Shown piece by piece: positions 1-12,049 of a stretch of DNA of 64,000 nt (position 1 is its first letter; the number at the start of each line of letters is the position of its first letter). The stretch comes from Vicugna vicugna (Eukaryota): NCBI GenBank assembly GCA_013265495.1, contig MU057700.1, forward strand, positions 1 through 64,000. The letters run 5' to 3'. The notes under the pieces were generated by a model that worked only from the letters and a program-made list of their open reading frames with translations, ran no database searches and was not told where the DNA came from. A program made the position numbers and the translations under genes.

Positions 1-2128
1 GCTGAGGGCATATAGACCTGGATGGTCCCAGGACTTGGGGCAGAGATGCTTTTCAGGACCTTGGAGAGAACCGCAGAGCTTCTGATGAGCCAGCACAGCA
101 AGGCTGCAGGTGGGGGAGCAGGGCTGCCCCTGCGTGGAGACAGCACTCTCCGTGCCTGGCTCCCGGGAGAAGAGGGGAATGGGCTTCCTACTCGGCGAGC
201 GAGGGAAAGGCAAAGTTGTGTGCATGTGTGTGGCTCAATTTTAGGAGAGAGACCGGAGTGGGTTTGAAGTAAAAGAAAGCAAGTCTGTGAGGAGGGACTC
301 TGGCAGGAGGCAGGGAGAGAGGCAGCGGGAACTGGAGGTGGGTTTCTGGTGGAGGAGCTGCTCACGGGGGAGAGGAAGACCACTGACTTCTCCAAGGCAG
401 GGGCTCAAGGCCGGGACCAAGAGAGCTTTGGTGAAGCTCATGGAAGGCCTCCCTGCTCTTCTCTGGAGGGAAGAAATCTTCCATGAAACAGGGTCCAGGA
501 GAGAGAGGGGAGATCAGAGGAGTTGAAAACATGTGAAATCCTGTGTGGGGAGTGGGCGTACGCACTAAGAAGACATCTCAAAATCAACCATGGCTCTAGC
601 TAATCAACCTAACACTTCCAGCTCACAAAGGACCCATAGAATCTTACTAGAAGCTGGGCTCATTTTGAGATTGGGCCTTCCCAGAAGTGTCCCATGGCCT
701 AGGAGTTTAGGAGTGTGTGGCAGAGGGCTGTGGTAAGCCCTGGTGTGCAGGGTGAGTCCAGAAGTGGCCAGTGGAGCCTGATAAGAGGTGTGACTCGTGG
801 GTCTGCAGAGAAGGTGGGGCCAGGAATGGTGCTTTCTGAGCCTTGCCCACTAGGGGGAGCAGGATGGAGATGGCACAGGCCACACAGGGCTTGCTCTGGG
901 TGCTGGAGAATCCAGACAGCACAAGGACTAGGAAGCCCCAGGGGTGATGGCTTGATAAGTGAGAACTGGGAAGAGGTGAATGGGCTCTCAGGAGTTGAGG
1001 GGGTATTTTAAGAGCAGAAGGGATTGCTGAGGGTGCCAGGAGCCAGGGGTCCCACTATGAGCCAAGCTGGGCGTTATACTGGAGGGGCAGCACCAGGGAG
1101 AGCCCACACAGGCAAGAACTTCACCTGGCATCGTGGGTCCTGGGCAGGAGGCTGGGGAGGGCTGAGAGTTCCAGCGTATTTCGGGGTGCGATTGAGAAAA
1201 CGGAAATCTTCCCAAAAGTGCCAAGACAGGTGTCTGGCTAGACTAGGCAAGTCCTGGTTTGGCCTCCACTGGCCATTGTTACCCACCCTCTCCTCATGGG
1301 CTGGGCTGGGAAGGCCTGGGCTCTCATATCTCACCGCACATCAGAATCTCTTCTGCCCACAGTGAGAAGCCAGCCTTCAGGATCCAGATCCTCCTTGGAC
1401 TTCAAATCCAGTCACACTGGATTAGCCTGAGCTAGCCCCACCCCCTCAAGTGTCCCAGCCCACCCCTTGCCGCCGTCTGCTTTAACAGGCCGACAGCCCA
1501 TCCGTCAGGCCTCTTTTCCAGCCTATTGTCTTTCTCCAGGGGCACATGAAGTCCAGGAGCCCAGCACTCTAACGAAGCGGCTCAGCTACTTCCTTTAGCA
1601 CGGATCCCAAGGGGAAGTGGCTTGGAGGGACCAAGTGGACCGCAGGGGTCTGTGGCAGGGGCTGATGGGAAGGGGTGGGAGTGTCAGCAGGACGACCTTT
1701 TCCAAACTCAGCCTTGTCTATTGTAGGACCATGTGCCCTCACCAGAGATGTGTGAGCACTGGATTCCCAGGTGAATGGCCCTGGGTGACCCCTCTCACCC
1801 CAGACAGTCAAGGCAGGGCCCTTGCTGAGTCCCTGAAGTCACCTTCCTATGACAGAGATGAGCACATTGGAAGCCAGACCCTTCCCGTGGGGCCAGCAAA
1901 GCAGCATCCCCCACACTCACCAAACAGGGGGCAGAGGAGTCCTGAGCAAGGCCTGTCATGTCAGAGACGTGGGCAGGAAGGTCATGATGGGGTGACTTGT
2001 GTCCTTTCCTGTCCAGGCAGGTCTGCACGGGGCAGAACGGCGCCAGGACAGGTCTGTTTTTTGAGTTTTTTTTTTAATGTAGCAATCAACTCTCATTCCT
2101 CCTCTACCCTTTTTTCTGATTTTTTCAG

Positions 2129-2210
2129 ACAAGAAATAAAAGCTGCTCTTAAAAGACTTCAGAACATAGTACCTGCAGGACCTAGAAACATGCATGAAGG
2201 ATTGAAAAAG
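2129..2210 (+). pseudogene. ANTXRL: ANTXR-like exon 4 equivalent (82 nt): (R)QEIKAALKRLQNIVPAGPRNMHEGLKK
   Basis: tttttcag acceptor, gtacag donor; aligns to ANTXR1 [28 protein letters not shown]; 82-nt size as recalled for ANTXR1. Confidence 0.9.
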
Positions 2211-2315
2211 GTACAGACTCCACAGCTCTGAGAACTTATTCTGCTTTATCAAGTTCTTAGAGTCTTTTGGGCTCATCTCACTGCCCTCCACCCACATTCC
2301 TTCATTTTGTTGCAG

Positions 2316-2349
2316 GCGAATGAGCAGATGGAACAAACTAACTCAGGAG
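2316..2349 (+). pseudogene. ANTXRL: ANTXR-like exon 5 equivalent (34 nt): ANEQMEQTNSG
   Basis: ttgttgcag acceptor, gtaagt donor; aligns to ANTXR1 ASEQIYYENRQG; 34-nt micro-exon. Confidence 0.9.
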
Positions 2350-3264
2350 GTAAGTCGCCTGCTGCCGTCACTGCGCTCGGGTGGGACAGAGCCAGGCCCG
2401 GGCCGCAGCAGGGGCTGGCGCATACCCACCGCGGCCAGTTCCTAGCGCTGCCTCTTGGAGCGAGGTCCTCGCCCTCTCTGTGCGGCCGCTTCCTCCTCTG
2501 CGCAGTGAGGATGAAGCCACCCCCAGGGAGGTTTCTGAGAACCAGACGGTTCTTATTAGATATGAGGTTCTTGACCTGCAGTTGGGCTGCACGAGACAGA
2601 AAAGGGAAAAGCCAGGGGCTGCGAGCAGACAGGGATCAGCTGAGGGAACAAAGGCCTTGATGTCCCCTGGCTGCCCACACCTGTGTCCACCCAGTTCCGG
2701 CTCCACCTCCTTTCCCTTCAGCTTCTGCCCTCGGGTTGACTCTCATCCTGTGACTGAGTCTCCACCAGTGGGAAAGGCTGTGCTCGGCCCTGAACCCTCA
2801 GCACCTGGACTGCAGGGTATGTCTCTTGTCAGGACAGATGCATGGCCTGCAGGGAGAGGCAGGGAGCTGGGCGGGGGCTGCTGTCCAAGCGCCTTGACCT
2901 CGAGTCCTGAACGGCAGGCCCCATAGAGCCCGCAGGAAAGGCAGCAGGTGCCACCCAGGCCGGAGCCCAGCTCCTGCCTTTGCTCACCTAAAAGGCTGGT
3001 CCTCGTCCAGGGAGGTTGCTGGAGCGGCCTTTCAGAGCCAAGGCTGTGCCATCTGGTCGTAGTGAGGGTTCACCAGGAAGATCTGAGCTGCGCTCTCAGC
3101 CTACTCATCAGTCACGTGGGTCCTGGGCCTCAGCCCCTTCTCCCTCCACGTGCTCTGGATGGCGGGCAGTCAGGTCAAAGTGGCCTCTCCCCAGGGAGGG
3201 AGCAGTGCTGTGGGCCTGGCAGCCAGTGCCTTGCTGACCAGACTGCTGCCCGCTCCTTCTGCAG

Positions 3265-3336
3265 ACAGGAAGGCTGCCAGCCTGTTTTCACTGTGGACCA
3301 CTCCTGCCAACACCTTTAAGGGAACCTAAGAGCCAG
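3265..3336 (+). pseudogene. ANTXRL: ANTXR-like exon 6 equivalent, frameshifted (72 nt vs ~80 expected): DRKAASL...GPLLPTPLREPKSQ
   Basis: ctgcag acceptor, gtgagt donor; RKAAS resembles RTAS; ~8-nt deletion across the IALTDG motif, with TAA reached in the entry frame. Confidence 0.75.
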
Positions 3337-3414
3337 GTGAGTCCCATCTGTCATCACCAGCTTTGTGCTCCGTGTGCTTGTGTGTTTTATACTCAAAGCC
3401 TTTCTTTCTCTTAG

Positions 3415-3483
3415 GCTAACAGGGCTCAGAATATGAAGGCCAAGGCTTACCGCCTGGGTGTAAAAGACTATCAGAGAGACCAG
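3415..3483 (+). pseudogene. ANTXRL: ANTXR-like exon 7 equivalent (69 nt): ANRAQNMKAKAYRLGVKDYQRDQ; donor reads GG
   Basis: ctcttag acceptor; aligns to ANTXR1 [23 protein letters not shown]; followed by ggaatt instead of gt. Confidence 0.9.
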
Positions 3484-3799
3484 GGAATTCAGAACGGGTA
3501 AACCAGTTGGGGAAAGCTTTCAAAGGCAGCTGTCCCAGGGTCACCCCGAGGATGGCCCTCTGCCCTCCCCAGTGCTCAGACAGCAGACAGCCCCTGCAGA
3601 TGAGCAACGAGTGTTGTGTAGACCTACAGACGGAGGTGCAGGCGGGGGCTTCCTGGTCCCTAACGATGGGCTGCTGGCAGATGCCAGGCGGTGGCCCTTG
3701 GGGTCTAACATGGCAGGAGGCAGGAGCGTGTCTCCTGGGATGGGACCTGCTGGGTCCTCAACCCCTGGCTGTGGGCCAAGCCACCTCCTCTCCCTGTAG

Positions 3800-3877
3800 C
3801 TGATTCAAATGGTAGAAGGAAAGAAACAGCTGCACAAGGTGCCCCATCCCAGGGACGGTGACGGCTTTCTTACACCG
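3800..3877 (+). pseudogene. ANTXRL: ANTXR-like exon 8 equivalent (78 nt): LIQMVEGKKQLHKVPHPRDGDGFLTP; GC donor
   Basis: ccctgtag acceptor, gcgagt donor, phase 0/0, correct position between exons 7 and 9; peptide divergent from ANTXR1 [27 protein letters not shown]. Confidence 0.65.
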
Positions 3878-3975
3878 GCGAGTGTGGGCTAAGTGTGAGG
3901 ACGGGGTCGGGTGGTTTCTCAGCATGGTCACACCCGTCACTCTCCCTGACCCTGCCACCCCTCCCTGTGTCCCGG

Positions 3976-4032
3976 CTGGTGGGAAATTCCTGTAAGGAAG
4001 GTATGGCTGGAGATACTACGCCTGTGTGGGAG
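3976..4032 (+). pseudogene. ANTXRL: ANTXR-like exon 9 equivalent, frameshifted (57 nt vs ~61): LVGNSCKEGMAGD..YACVG; acceptor reads GG
   Basis: SC.E and C(V/A)G|gtgagg match ANTXR1 [20 protein letters not shown]; acceptor is cccgg rather than cag. Confidence 0.75.
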
Positions 4033-4064
4033 GTGAGGGCTGGGTCATTGTTTTGGACTAAGTG

Positions 4065-4320
4065 GTGTTTGTCTGTGTGTATGTGAATGTGCCTCAGTGT
4101 GTCTGTTTAAGTGCAGTGTGAGTGTGGTGTGTGTGTGTTTGGTGTGTTTGTGTGGGGTATTGTGTTCCGAATGGAGCGAGTATGTACGGTGTGTGCGTGT
4201 GTGTGAATGTGGTGTCTGAGTGTGTGGTGTGTGTGTGCCTGGGTGTTTTTACAGAAGTGTGTCAGATATGTGACTGTGCCCTGAGTATATAATTAAGTGT
4301 GTGCTTATGTGAGCTGGGTC
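4065..4320. repeat. Degenerate (TG)n low-complexity tract
   Basis: Repeated gtgt/gtgtgt units. Confidence 0.8.
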
Positions 4321-4364
4321 TGCCAGGGGCTGTGGTATGAATATGTGCGTAATTGCCTTTTCTT

Positions 4365-4870
4365 CCATTTTTATTGAGACACGCTTGACATACAGCTCTG
4401 TATAAATTTAAGGTAAACCATGCAATGACTTGACATACATTTATTGGGAAATAATTACCCCTGTAAGTTTACTTTTTAAAACTCAAAAACAAAAGTTTAA
4501 TTAAAAACTGAGGAAAGATAGTTTTTAAACCCTGAACATAACACTAGCAAATGAAATCCAATAACATATAAAAAGGACAATGCATTAAGACTAATTAGGG
4601 GTCACTCTAGAAATGCAAGTCTGATTCAATATTTGAAATATCAGTATAATTTATCACATCAGCCAATGGAGAAGGGAAATATGACTGTCTCAACAGATGA
4701 AGAAAAGAACTGGACTCAGTTCGGTTACAGCATCATACTAGGAACAAAGGCATCACACGAATACTCACAGCCAGCTTTATACCCAGCGGCTAGATGGGGA
4801 AGGCCTCTCCCTGAGGTCTGGAACTGGACAAGGCTGCCCTCTCTTCCCCAGGAGGGTCCCCGCATCAGTG
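4365..4870. mobile_element. Old L1 fragments (antisense 3' end, then sense ORF2 remnant)
   Basis: tttttattgaga...ataaatttaagg 3'-end motif; actagcaaatgaaatccaataacatataaaaagg ORF2-like sequence. Confidence 0.6.
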
Positions 4871-6349
4871 CGGTGAGTACCTTATGCAGGTACTTTTCTG
4901 ACAGGAGCTCTCTTTGCAGTGAGCACTGTGTGTGCCGGCTCATGTGTCCACATCGCTGGCGTTTGTGCAGCTGAGGCTGGGGGACGAGCACACGCTTCCA
5001 CAGGGACCAGCACTCAGCCAGATGCAGCTGGACGCGGACCCGGGAGCTGGGCCTGCCCCGTGCTCCGAACTGCAGGGCTGCAGTGCACGAGGCCGGGGTC
5101 AGACGGAGCGGTGTCCGTTCCTGAGCTCTGCTGCCCACGGGCACGAACCCGGGCAAATTGCTGACTGTCTGTGAGCTCCACTTCCGTCCCCTAGTGGTAG
5201 AAATAGCAGGACGCACTGTCAGATGTGCAGTGAGACATAGTCCTGTGGAGTCCACAGTGACCCTCACAGGATCTAGAAGCCGGGGCCCCTCACCACCGGG
5301 AGCTGGGGCTCAGATTCCATCACTGACCACAGCTTCCACCCCCACCCCCATGTCCGCCCAGGTTGAGGGGGAAGCGGTTTAAGAACATCCAGGGGGAAGG
5401 GGCTCCAGCTGAGCCCACGGTTGCTGGCAGCTGTCAGACTCCTCCTGTCTTCTGACCCTGGGACCTGCAGGGTGGGGTGTGGACGTGGGCCCTAGACCCC
5501 ACACACGGAGGGTCCTCCCCTGCTTCTCTGGTGCCACGTGCCAGCCGTGCAGTGGCCTGACAGCTGCAGGTCTCTACTTGTGTTCCCAGGACACACATGG
5601 GCCTGTCAAACCCCAGAGAGGATGCCAGTTGACACCTATGCCCTGGGGTGGCCCAGCTGAGGTGACAGGTGCCCGCTGCACCCCCCACCCCCACCTGTGT
5701 GGCCCAGCAGCGCTGCTCTGACCTTTAAAACTGCTGTCATCTTGTTGAAAGCTGCCGCACAGCATGACAGTCCTTGGAGGAAAATCTCAGGGCAGGAGCC
5801 TGGACCCCAGTAAAGTTGAAGATGTTCATCAGGCTGCTATTCTGAATAAGTCAGTGGGCCGGGTGTGAGGAGGCCGGAAGGGGGGTGAGCAGGAGGCACT
5901 CCGCCTCCTCAGACTCTCAGGCTCCCTCCTGGGCTGGGCAGAGGCCTCTGCTGGCCTCCCTGCCTCCAGGCCTGTACTCCAGCCCATCCTGTGCCCAGGG
6001 CCCGAGGGACTGAGAAAGCCACTTCCTTAACCCAGCCTGACTGGGGAGGCTCAGGTCCCCTCGCCAGACAGCCGGGCCCACCAAGGTCCAGCCTCTGCTC
6101 TAAGCCCACCAGCTGCAGAGACAGGGCAGTGCAGGGCATGGGGGACTAGGCTTCCTGAAAAACCTTCCTCAGCGCTACAGGGTCCAGCCCACCCAGCCTT
6201 TGAGACTTTACCCTCAGAGCACCTCAATCCTGAAGCCTTTCCTGATCAGCTGGCCCCTCTGGCCTCCTACAGTCCTCGTCTGTTCCTCTTAGTAGTCACT
6301 TGTCACCCAGTATGTACCATGACTTCTGCTTGGCTGAGTCCACAGCTTG

Positions 6350-8110
6350 ATTTTTTTTTTAATTTTTATCATTCAGTTCATTGTTTTTCTTCCAGCCTTT
6401 CATGACAACTCCAAGCCTACAGCAAAGGAGAAATGCTTGTACAGTGGACACCCCATCTCTGACACCTGGATTTGTAGTTAATATCTGACCACATTTCCTT
6501 TATCATTTATTTATCTAACTCTTTCTTGTATTTTTGTCTTCATCAAACCACCTCATTTTTTGATGCATTTCAAAGTAAATTACAGGCTGCTGCCTCCCCA
6601 GACCCTTCATTCTGCATATCTTTAATTGGGAAACAATTTTTGTTGAGTTCTCTTTTTTAAAAGCAGCAAACTCAAGTGTATCATTTGATGAGTTCTGACA
6701 GGACACCTGTGTAACCCCAAACCCCGTGAAGACTCAGAACAGCACGGTTGTCCCCAAAAGTCCCCTTGGGAACCTTCCCAGGCAACCCCTGCCCCGCCCC
6801 CTGGAGGCAGCTACTGTCTGATTTCTTCCTCCACGGGCTAGTCTGCTCTTTAGAGCATCTGCTCAGTGACTCATGTGGGATGAATGGCGTGTGTGGCTTT
6901 GCACACCTGGCACCGTGGCTTGGAGATTCGTCTCTGCTGTGTGTTCACTAGATCTGGCTGCGCTTGGGGCTTTCCCCCCGGGGGTGGGCTGGAGGCAGTA
7001 ACCTGGTAGTTCCTTTCCCTGTCTGTGACGAGGCCAAGGGTGTGTCTGCAAGAAGCCCAGCAGGTGGCGCACAGCGGCGGTGGCCACAGTAGGACACGGT
7101 GCAGAGCAGGGCTTCCCTCTGAGGTCCAGTGTCCAGGTCTGCATCGTGGCCAGAGACCCTCTGTGGGGGAGGGAGGGGCAGGAGGGCCTGAAGGAGGGAG
7201 GTGGGACACACTGTGCAGAGACCCTCCTGCAACCAGCCTGGGTGACAGCTGTCCCTCCATTACGATAAGGCTCTCCCATGTTTTATCTACTGCCTCCAGA
7301 GATAACAACCACATATCATTAATCATATACATAAATACTGATCTAAATATACTTTACAAGGATATTTTTACATAATGGGATTATGCAGTTCATGATAGTT
7401 TCCAACCATCTCCAATTAATCATATAATACTGATCTAAATATACTTTACAAGGATATTTTTACATAATGGGATTATGCAGTTCATGATAGTTTCCAACCA
7501 TCTCCACAGTATTCCATTGTATGGATGGGCCAATTTACTTCATTAGTCTTCCTTGATCAATATTCAGATTGTTCCTAGTAAGTCTACAAGCAGCTTTGTG
7601 TGGGGACCATCCTGACACTTACCTCTCTGTGAGCTTGGGAAAGGAATTCCGTGGGGTCAAGAGCAGAAGCAGAATTGTTGCGTTAAGGACACACCTAGGT
7701 TAAAGTTGGTCAGTGTCCCATCTCTCTGTTTTCTTCCAGGAGTTTTAACATTTCCCGTCTTATATTAGTTCTTTAACCTGTTTGGGGGTTATTTTTATAG
7801 GTGGTGCGAGAAAATGTTCCAATTTCATCCGTTTACATGGACTGTCTAGTTTTGCCAACAGCGCTTATTGAAGAGATTCTCTTTTCCTCTTTGTATACTC
7901 TTGCCTCCATTGTCATAAATTAATTTCCCATATGAGCATGGGATTATTTGGGGATCTCTGTTTTGTCCCGTTGACCTCTGTGTCTGTGCTTGTGCAAGTG
8001 CCATACTGCTTTGATTCCTGTCGCTTTGTAGTGTGGTCTGAAATAAGGAGCAAGGTAACTCCAGCTTCGTTCTTTCTCGAGATTGTTCTGACTCTTTGAG
8101 GTCAAGGATA
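6350..8110 (-). mobile_element. Old antisense L1 fragments (3' UTR and ORF2), interrupted
   Basis: Typical antisense L1 text, e.g. agtattccattgtatggat, tagttttgccaacagcgcttattgaagaga, ccatactgctttgattcctg. Confidence 0.65.
7318..7506. repeat. Tandem duplication, 97 + 92 bp
   Basis: 7318-7414 and 7415-7506 are identical apart from a 5-nt indel. Confidence 0.9.
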
Positions 8111-9294
8111 TTTGCAGACTTTTAAACATAGACTGTACTATTTTGTAAACCTAAAAACTCCTATCAGCAGGCTGACTTCAGCCCACAGGACAAGAATCTA
8201 TTCGCTCCAAAGCAGAGAATTTGCAAACTCTGCCTTGATCTGATGGAAGCTTCAGGAAGACCTGGAGTAGGAGGAATCAGGACTGCCAGGGCCAAGGTTG
8301 TGCTGGCATTTCTGAGGGATGTTCCTTAAATTAATCAACCTTAGACAATTAATTAGCCTTGACAAGAAGGCAGGGGTGGAGGCTAATGACCTTGGACTTG
8401 CAGCAGAAGGACCTACGTGTTATCCTGGCCAGCTCCCCAGGGGTCAGGCCCACCAGCTGCCCTTTCTGGATCCCTTCATATTTGTTTCCATTTCTGAGAA
8501 GCACCAGTGGAGACCTAAAAGCCTGGGGAGGGACTATGGCCCAGAGAAATTGCACCTTAGCATAACAGTGCCTCCCACCCTAGCGAAATGAAGTGCTTGG
8601 TGAATCCTTGGGGGGTGAAGGAGGCACATGAAGGTCAGGGAAAGGGAGAGGAGGAGCAGTCATTGCAGACTCAGAACAACAGCTAGCATGGGATTTCACC
8701 TTCCGTGGGGACTCTCCCGTGCAGGGTTCTCGCCTCCTGGCTTATATCACCCAAGTCCCAGCCTTGCTCTTAGGGTTTCCACCCTGTCACAGGCACATGG
8801 AAACTCTGTGAAGGGGGGAGGAACAGACTCCCCAAGTGTCAGAAAGTCCCACAGGCACCTAGGAACGTGTGCTGCCCTCAGACAAGAGTCAGGGCTGTCT
8901 TCAGCCAGCATTGTCTTGGTTCCACTGCCATTTATGCAAGAAAGGGCCAGGTGGAGAGAACTGCCTGCACCCGTAGAGAAGACCTTGGTGGTTCTGGGTT
9001 AATAACCACGGCGGGGTTTGCCCAGGGAGAGGGGATGAGACTGAGTGCCTTTAATAAGCTCGATGGGTAATATGGTTGGTGACAGGCCCCCTGAGAACTC
9101 AAAGCCCAAACCCACTGCCTCTGAGAGAACCATCAGTGACAACAGATGAGCTCAGGGTGCAAACAGATGTTGGTTCAGACACAGCTGCTTTCTCAGAGGA
9201 GTCCCCTCAGAATTCAGTTGTCATAATTTTGAGGTCATAGGGAAGACAGCGCTCAGCCCCTCCTAACACAGACCTCTGGCTGTTGCCCTTGCAG

Positions 9295-9390
9295 AACCCT
9301 ACCAACTTGCATTTTTTGCATATGGCCTTATTCAAAGCAAAATTCCAGAATAAGCTTGCAGATATAAGTTGGACAAAACCACAATCTACA
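9295..9390 (+). pseudogene. ANTXRL: ANTXR-like exon 10 equivalent (96 nt): EPYQLAFFAYGLIQSKIPE*ACRYKLDKTTIY
   Basis: cttgcag acceptor, gtaagt donor, phase 1/1; resembles ANTXRL DPYHVVIHGNGF...VICRFIFNESTII; in-frame TAA at 9351-9353. Confidence 0.8.
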
Positions 9391-10772
9391 GTAAGTACCC
9401 ACCTTTGTGCCTCCAGGTGACATACTTCCCACACAACACCGCATCCCCTCCGCCAGCTGAGATTTCAGAGCCCCTGCTGACCACTCACTGCGGACACTGT
9501 GAGGACAGAGGCGGCGTGGACAAGTGGAAGGAGGGTCTGGCTGGGGAGCCCGGCCACCTTTTCCTTCATGTGCAAAACCAAGGAGTAAGCAATCTCTCAG
9601 CACATTAAGAGTATCCTGGAGCATGGCTTACACCTTTCAAGGCTGGGTTTGAGGTACTCAGAGCTGAATTCCCGCCAATACCTTTCTCAGCTCTGCCTTC
9701 CCTTGACAGACAAGGACACGAATCGCACGAGTCTGCTGGTGGGGTGTGGAGGCAGCCACAGGGCCCTGAGTCTGTGTCAGGTGCGCTGGTAGCTTTCCCA
9801 GGAAGGTGTGGTCACCTTGGATTGAGAGAGGATGCCAACTGCCGGGCCTGGGCCCTGGAATCCTAGCTCAGGCCTACATTACATGTGTCACCTTGACCTA
9901 ATGAGTGTTCTGGGTCAGCCTCTACTATCTGCACTATAAAATGGGGCCAATATGGTAGGTGCACTAACTACACTATCATGCATGTAAAGCTACTGTTTGG
10001 AAATACTCAGGCGTCAGGTGTCCCTCCGCGATGGGTGCGTGGCCTGAGGAAGCCCGTGGCTGGGCAGCAGACGTGCCCTCGGCGCTGAGGTGGGGGTGAC
10101 CCCTCACAGGGTGCCTGGGGACAGTGGGACTTTCTGCTTCCCCCTCAGCCCTCCCAGTAAGCCCCCTGATACAGTCATTTCATGTAATTAGGTCATGTTC
10201 AAAGACTTCTCATTCCAGGGCCACCTGGTCAACCCAGAGCAACGCCTCTCGCCCAGCACACTCTGGGCAATCTCTCCTTCTTCCACGGGCACGTAGCATG
10301 GGCAGGGCTCTGCCACTGCCACACTCCCACCCCACACGGTGTGTAGATGGCCTCAGGGCGTTAGATGCCCCTTGGTTTATACTTTCTCAGGAGTGGTTAG
10401 GGACTGAGTAACTCAACTGTGTGGAGAGCTGGTGTTATTGAGCACCTACTACATCAGATAATGCGCTAAGTGTGTTGCTATCCCAATTAATTCTCAAAAG
10501 ACCTATTGCTATTCCTCTGAAGGGAGCTGGTGCAGCAAGAACTGGAAAGTAGACACAGGCGATCTGATTGGCTGGCCTGGGCCTTCTGCCTTGCTGACGA
10601 CAGTCCTGGAGAAATTGTAGATAGAAGCTATCCCCTAGGAAATGCGATCAGATACACCCTCTGTGGTCCGTGGCTCTGCAGCTCTCCCAGCCTGGGCGTC
10701 ACTAGTGTTCCTCCCCGAGCTGGACCAGCACCGAGTCTCACATCCCACAGTCCTGAGCTCCTCTGCCGCCCC

Positions 10773-10895
10773 CCTGCTGCACCTGCAGGGAGGGCTGGGC
10801 CGGGGCCGCTTACTGCCGGGAGCCCATGCCCGCCTGCTGCACCTGCCGGGGGCTGGCCGGGAGGGCTGGGCCGGGCCGCTTACTGCCGGGAGCCC
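10773..10895. repeat. GC-rich imperfect two-copy tandem repeat (~55-60 bp unit)
   Basis: cctgctgcacctgc...gggagggctgggccggg(g)ccgcttactgccgggagccc occurs twice. Confidence 0.8.
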
Positions 10896-11555
10896 GGACG
10901 CACCGGTGAGGGCTGACTGGGCTGTTTTAGATTACACTTTACTCTAATTAAAACATTTGAGAAAATACTTTAATAAATATAGAGAAACATAAAGAAAAAT
11001 ATTGAAATCAATATGTGAATAAGTTTTATCTTGTCTATCTTTAATGTAAAATGTTTTTTAAGAAGTCTAAAATACGGCAGCAGAAGTATTCGGTTTAACC
11101 AGTTAATACCGGTGAGAAAGCTCCTCCCCCGTCAGCCCTGCTTTTCTGGCCGCTCAGCAGCGAGCCGCCCGCCCGCAGCTCCTCCTCGCTGCCCCGTGAG
11201 CGCTGTGGGCAGTTCACCGCATTGCCCCGGGGCTGTTTTCACAGGCATCCCGGCCGTCAAGCCCCTCAGACGCAGATGCCTCCCTCACCCAAGCTCGGTG
11301 ATTGGCTTCATTATCTGCCCCCGTGAAAGGATGAAACAGTTCGGAAGTTCATAGCTAACCAGACAAGTGAGTCATGGCAAAAAGCGGGTCACCTGGAAGT
11401 GAACCCTCCGTAGGGAACAGGCCTGACCTGTGGCCACAGTCGGGGGTGTGAGGGGACTGAGGGCTCAGGAGAGAGGAGGCTCCACAGCTGCCAGCTGTGA
11501 GCTGTCTGAGCCCCGTGAGTGCCGCCTCCCAGCTCTGCCAGACAACAGAGCGCAA

Positions 11556-11597
11556 ACACACACGCGCGCGCGCGCACACACACACACACACACACGC
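11556..11597. repeat. (CA)n(CG)6(CA)n perfect purine/pyrimidine alternation, Z-DNA-prone
   Basis: 42 nt of uninterrupted alternation. Confidence 0.85.
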
Positions 11598-11772
11598 CCC
11601 GCCCCCTCCTCAGGCTCCCCTGTGTCAGTAAATGGAGAGAGAGGCCCGGGGAGGGGGGCGGACTGGCACCCCTGAGGGCTGGGAGGCCGGGGCTGCGGGG
11701 ACGGGAGGGGAGGGGGGAGGAGGAAGGGGTGGGGGTGCTCTCCTGTCTTCATATGACGTCAGGGCTGCTGGT
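11596..11772. promoter_or_regulatory. Candidate cis-regulatory element: GC boxes, G-tract cluster and palindromic CRE TGACGTCA (11754-11761)
   Basis: Motifs read directly from sequence; function not shown. Confidence 0.4.
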
Positions 11773-12049
11773 GAGACTCCCAGGGGGGCCTCTACCAGGG
11801 ACCAGCAGCCTTAGTCTGCCTGCCTCCCCCTTGGCCCTGTAGGGAGGGGCCGACTCGCCTGTGATAACTGAGGAGCCTGAGGCTCGGGGAGGTGGAGCCT
11901 GTTGGTTACAAACCCTGAGGCAAGGGACACCCAGCTTGACACCCCCAAAGCCCATGTTCGGCTGAGCAGGGTCCCCTCCTGTCCTCCTGGCTGAGCCAGG
12001 GCCCCACAGGCCCCTTCCAGCCTGTATTAATATCTCTTTAACATCCTAG

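Noticed and set aside
298..372. Candidate ANTXR exon 2 (GSGNW...VEEL)
   Set aside because: Needs a frameshift and lacks splice sites; probably chance.
1727..1807. Candidate ANTXR exon 3 (RTMC...ST...PLTPD)
   Set aside because: Weak similarity, 81 nt rather than ~72, and no GT donor in the right phase.
2425..2587. Minus-strand exon-like frame QLQVKNLISNKNRLVLRNLPGGGFILTAQRRKR with a furin-like motif
   Set aside because: The neighbouring candidate exon (~2987-3100) has stops in compatible frames; it lies antisense within the ANTXR-like intron and I recognise no homolog.
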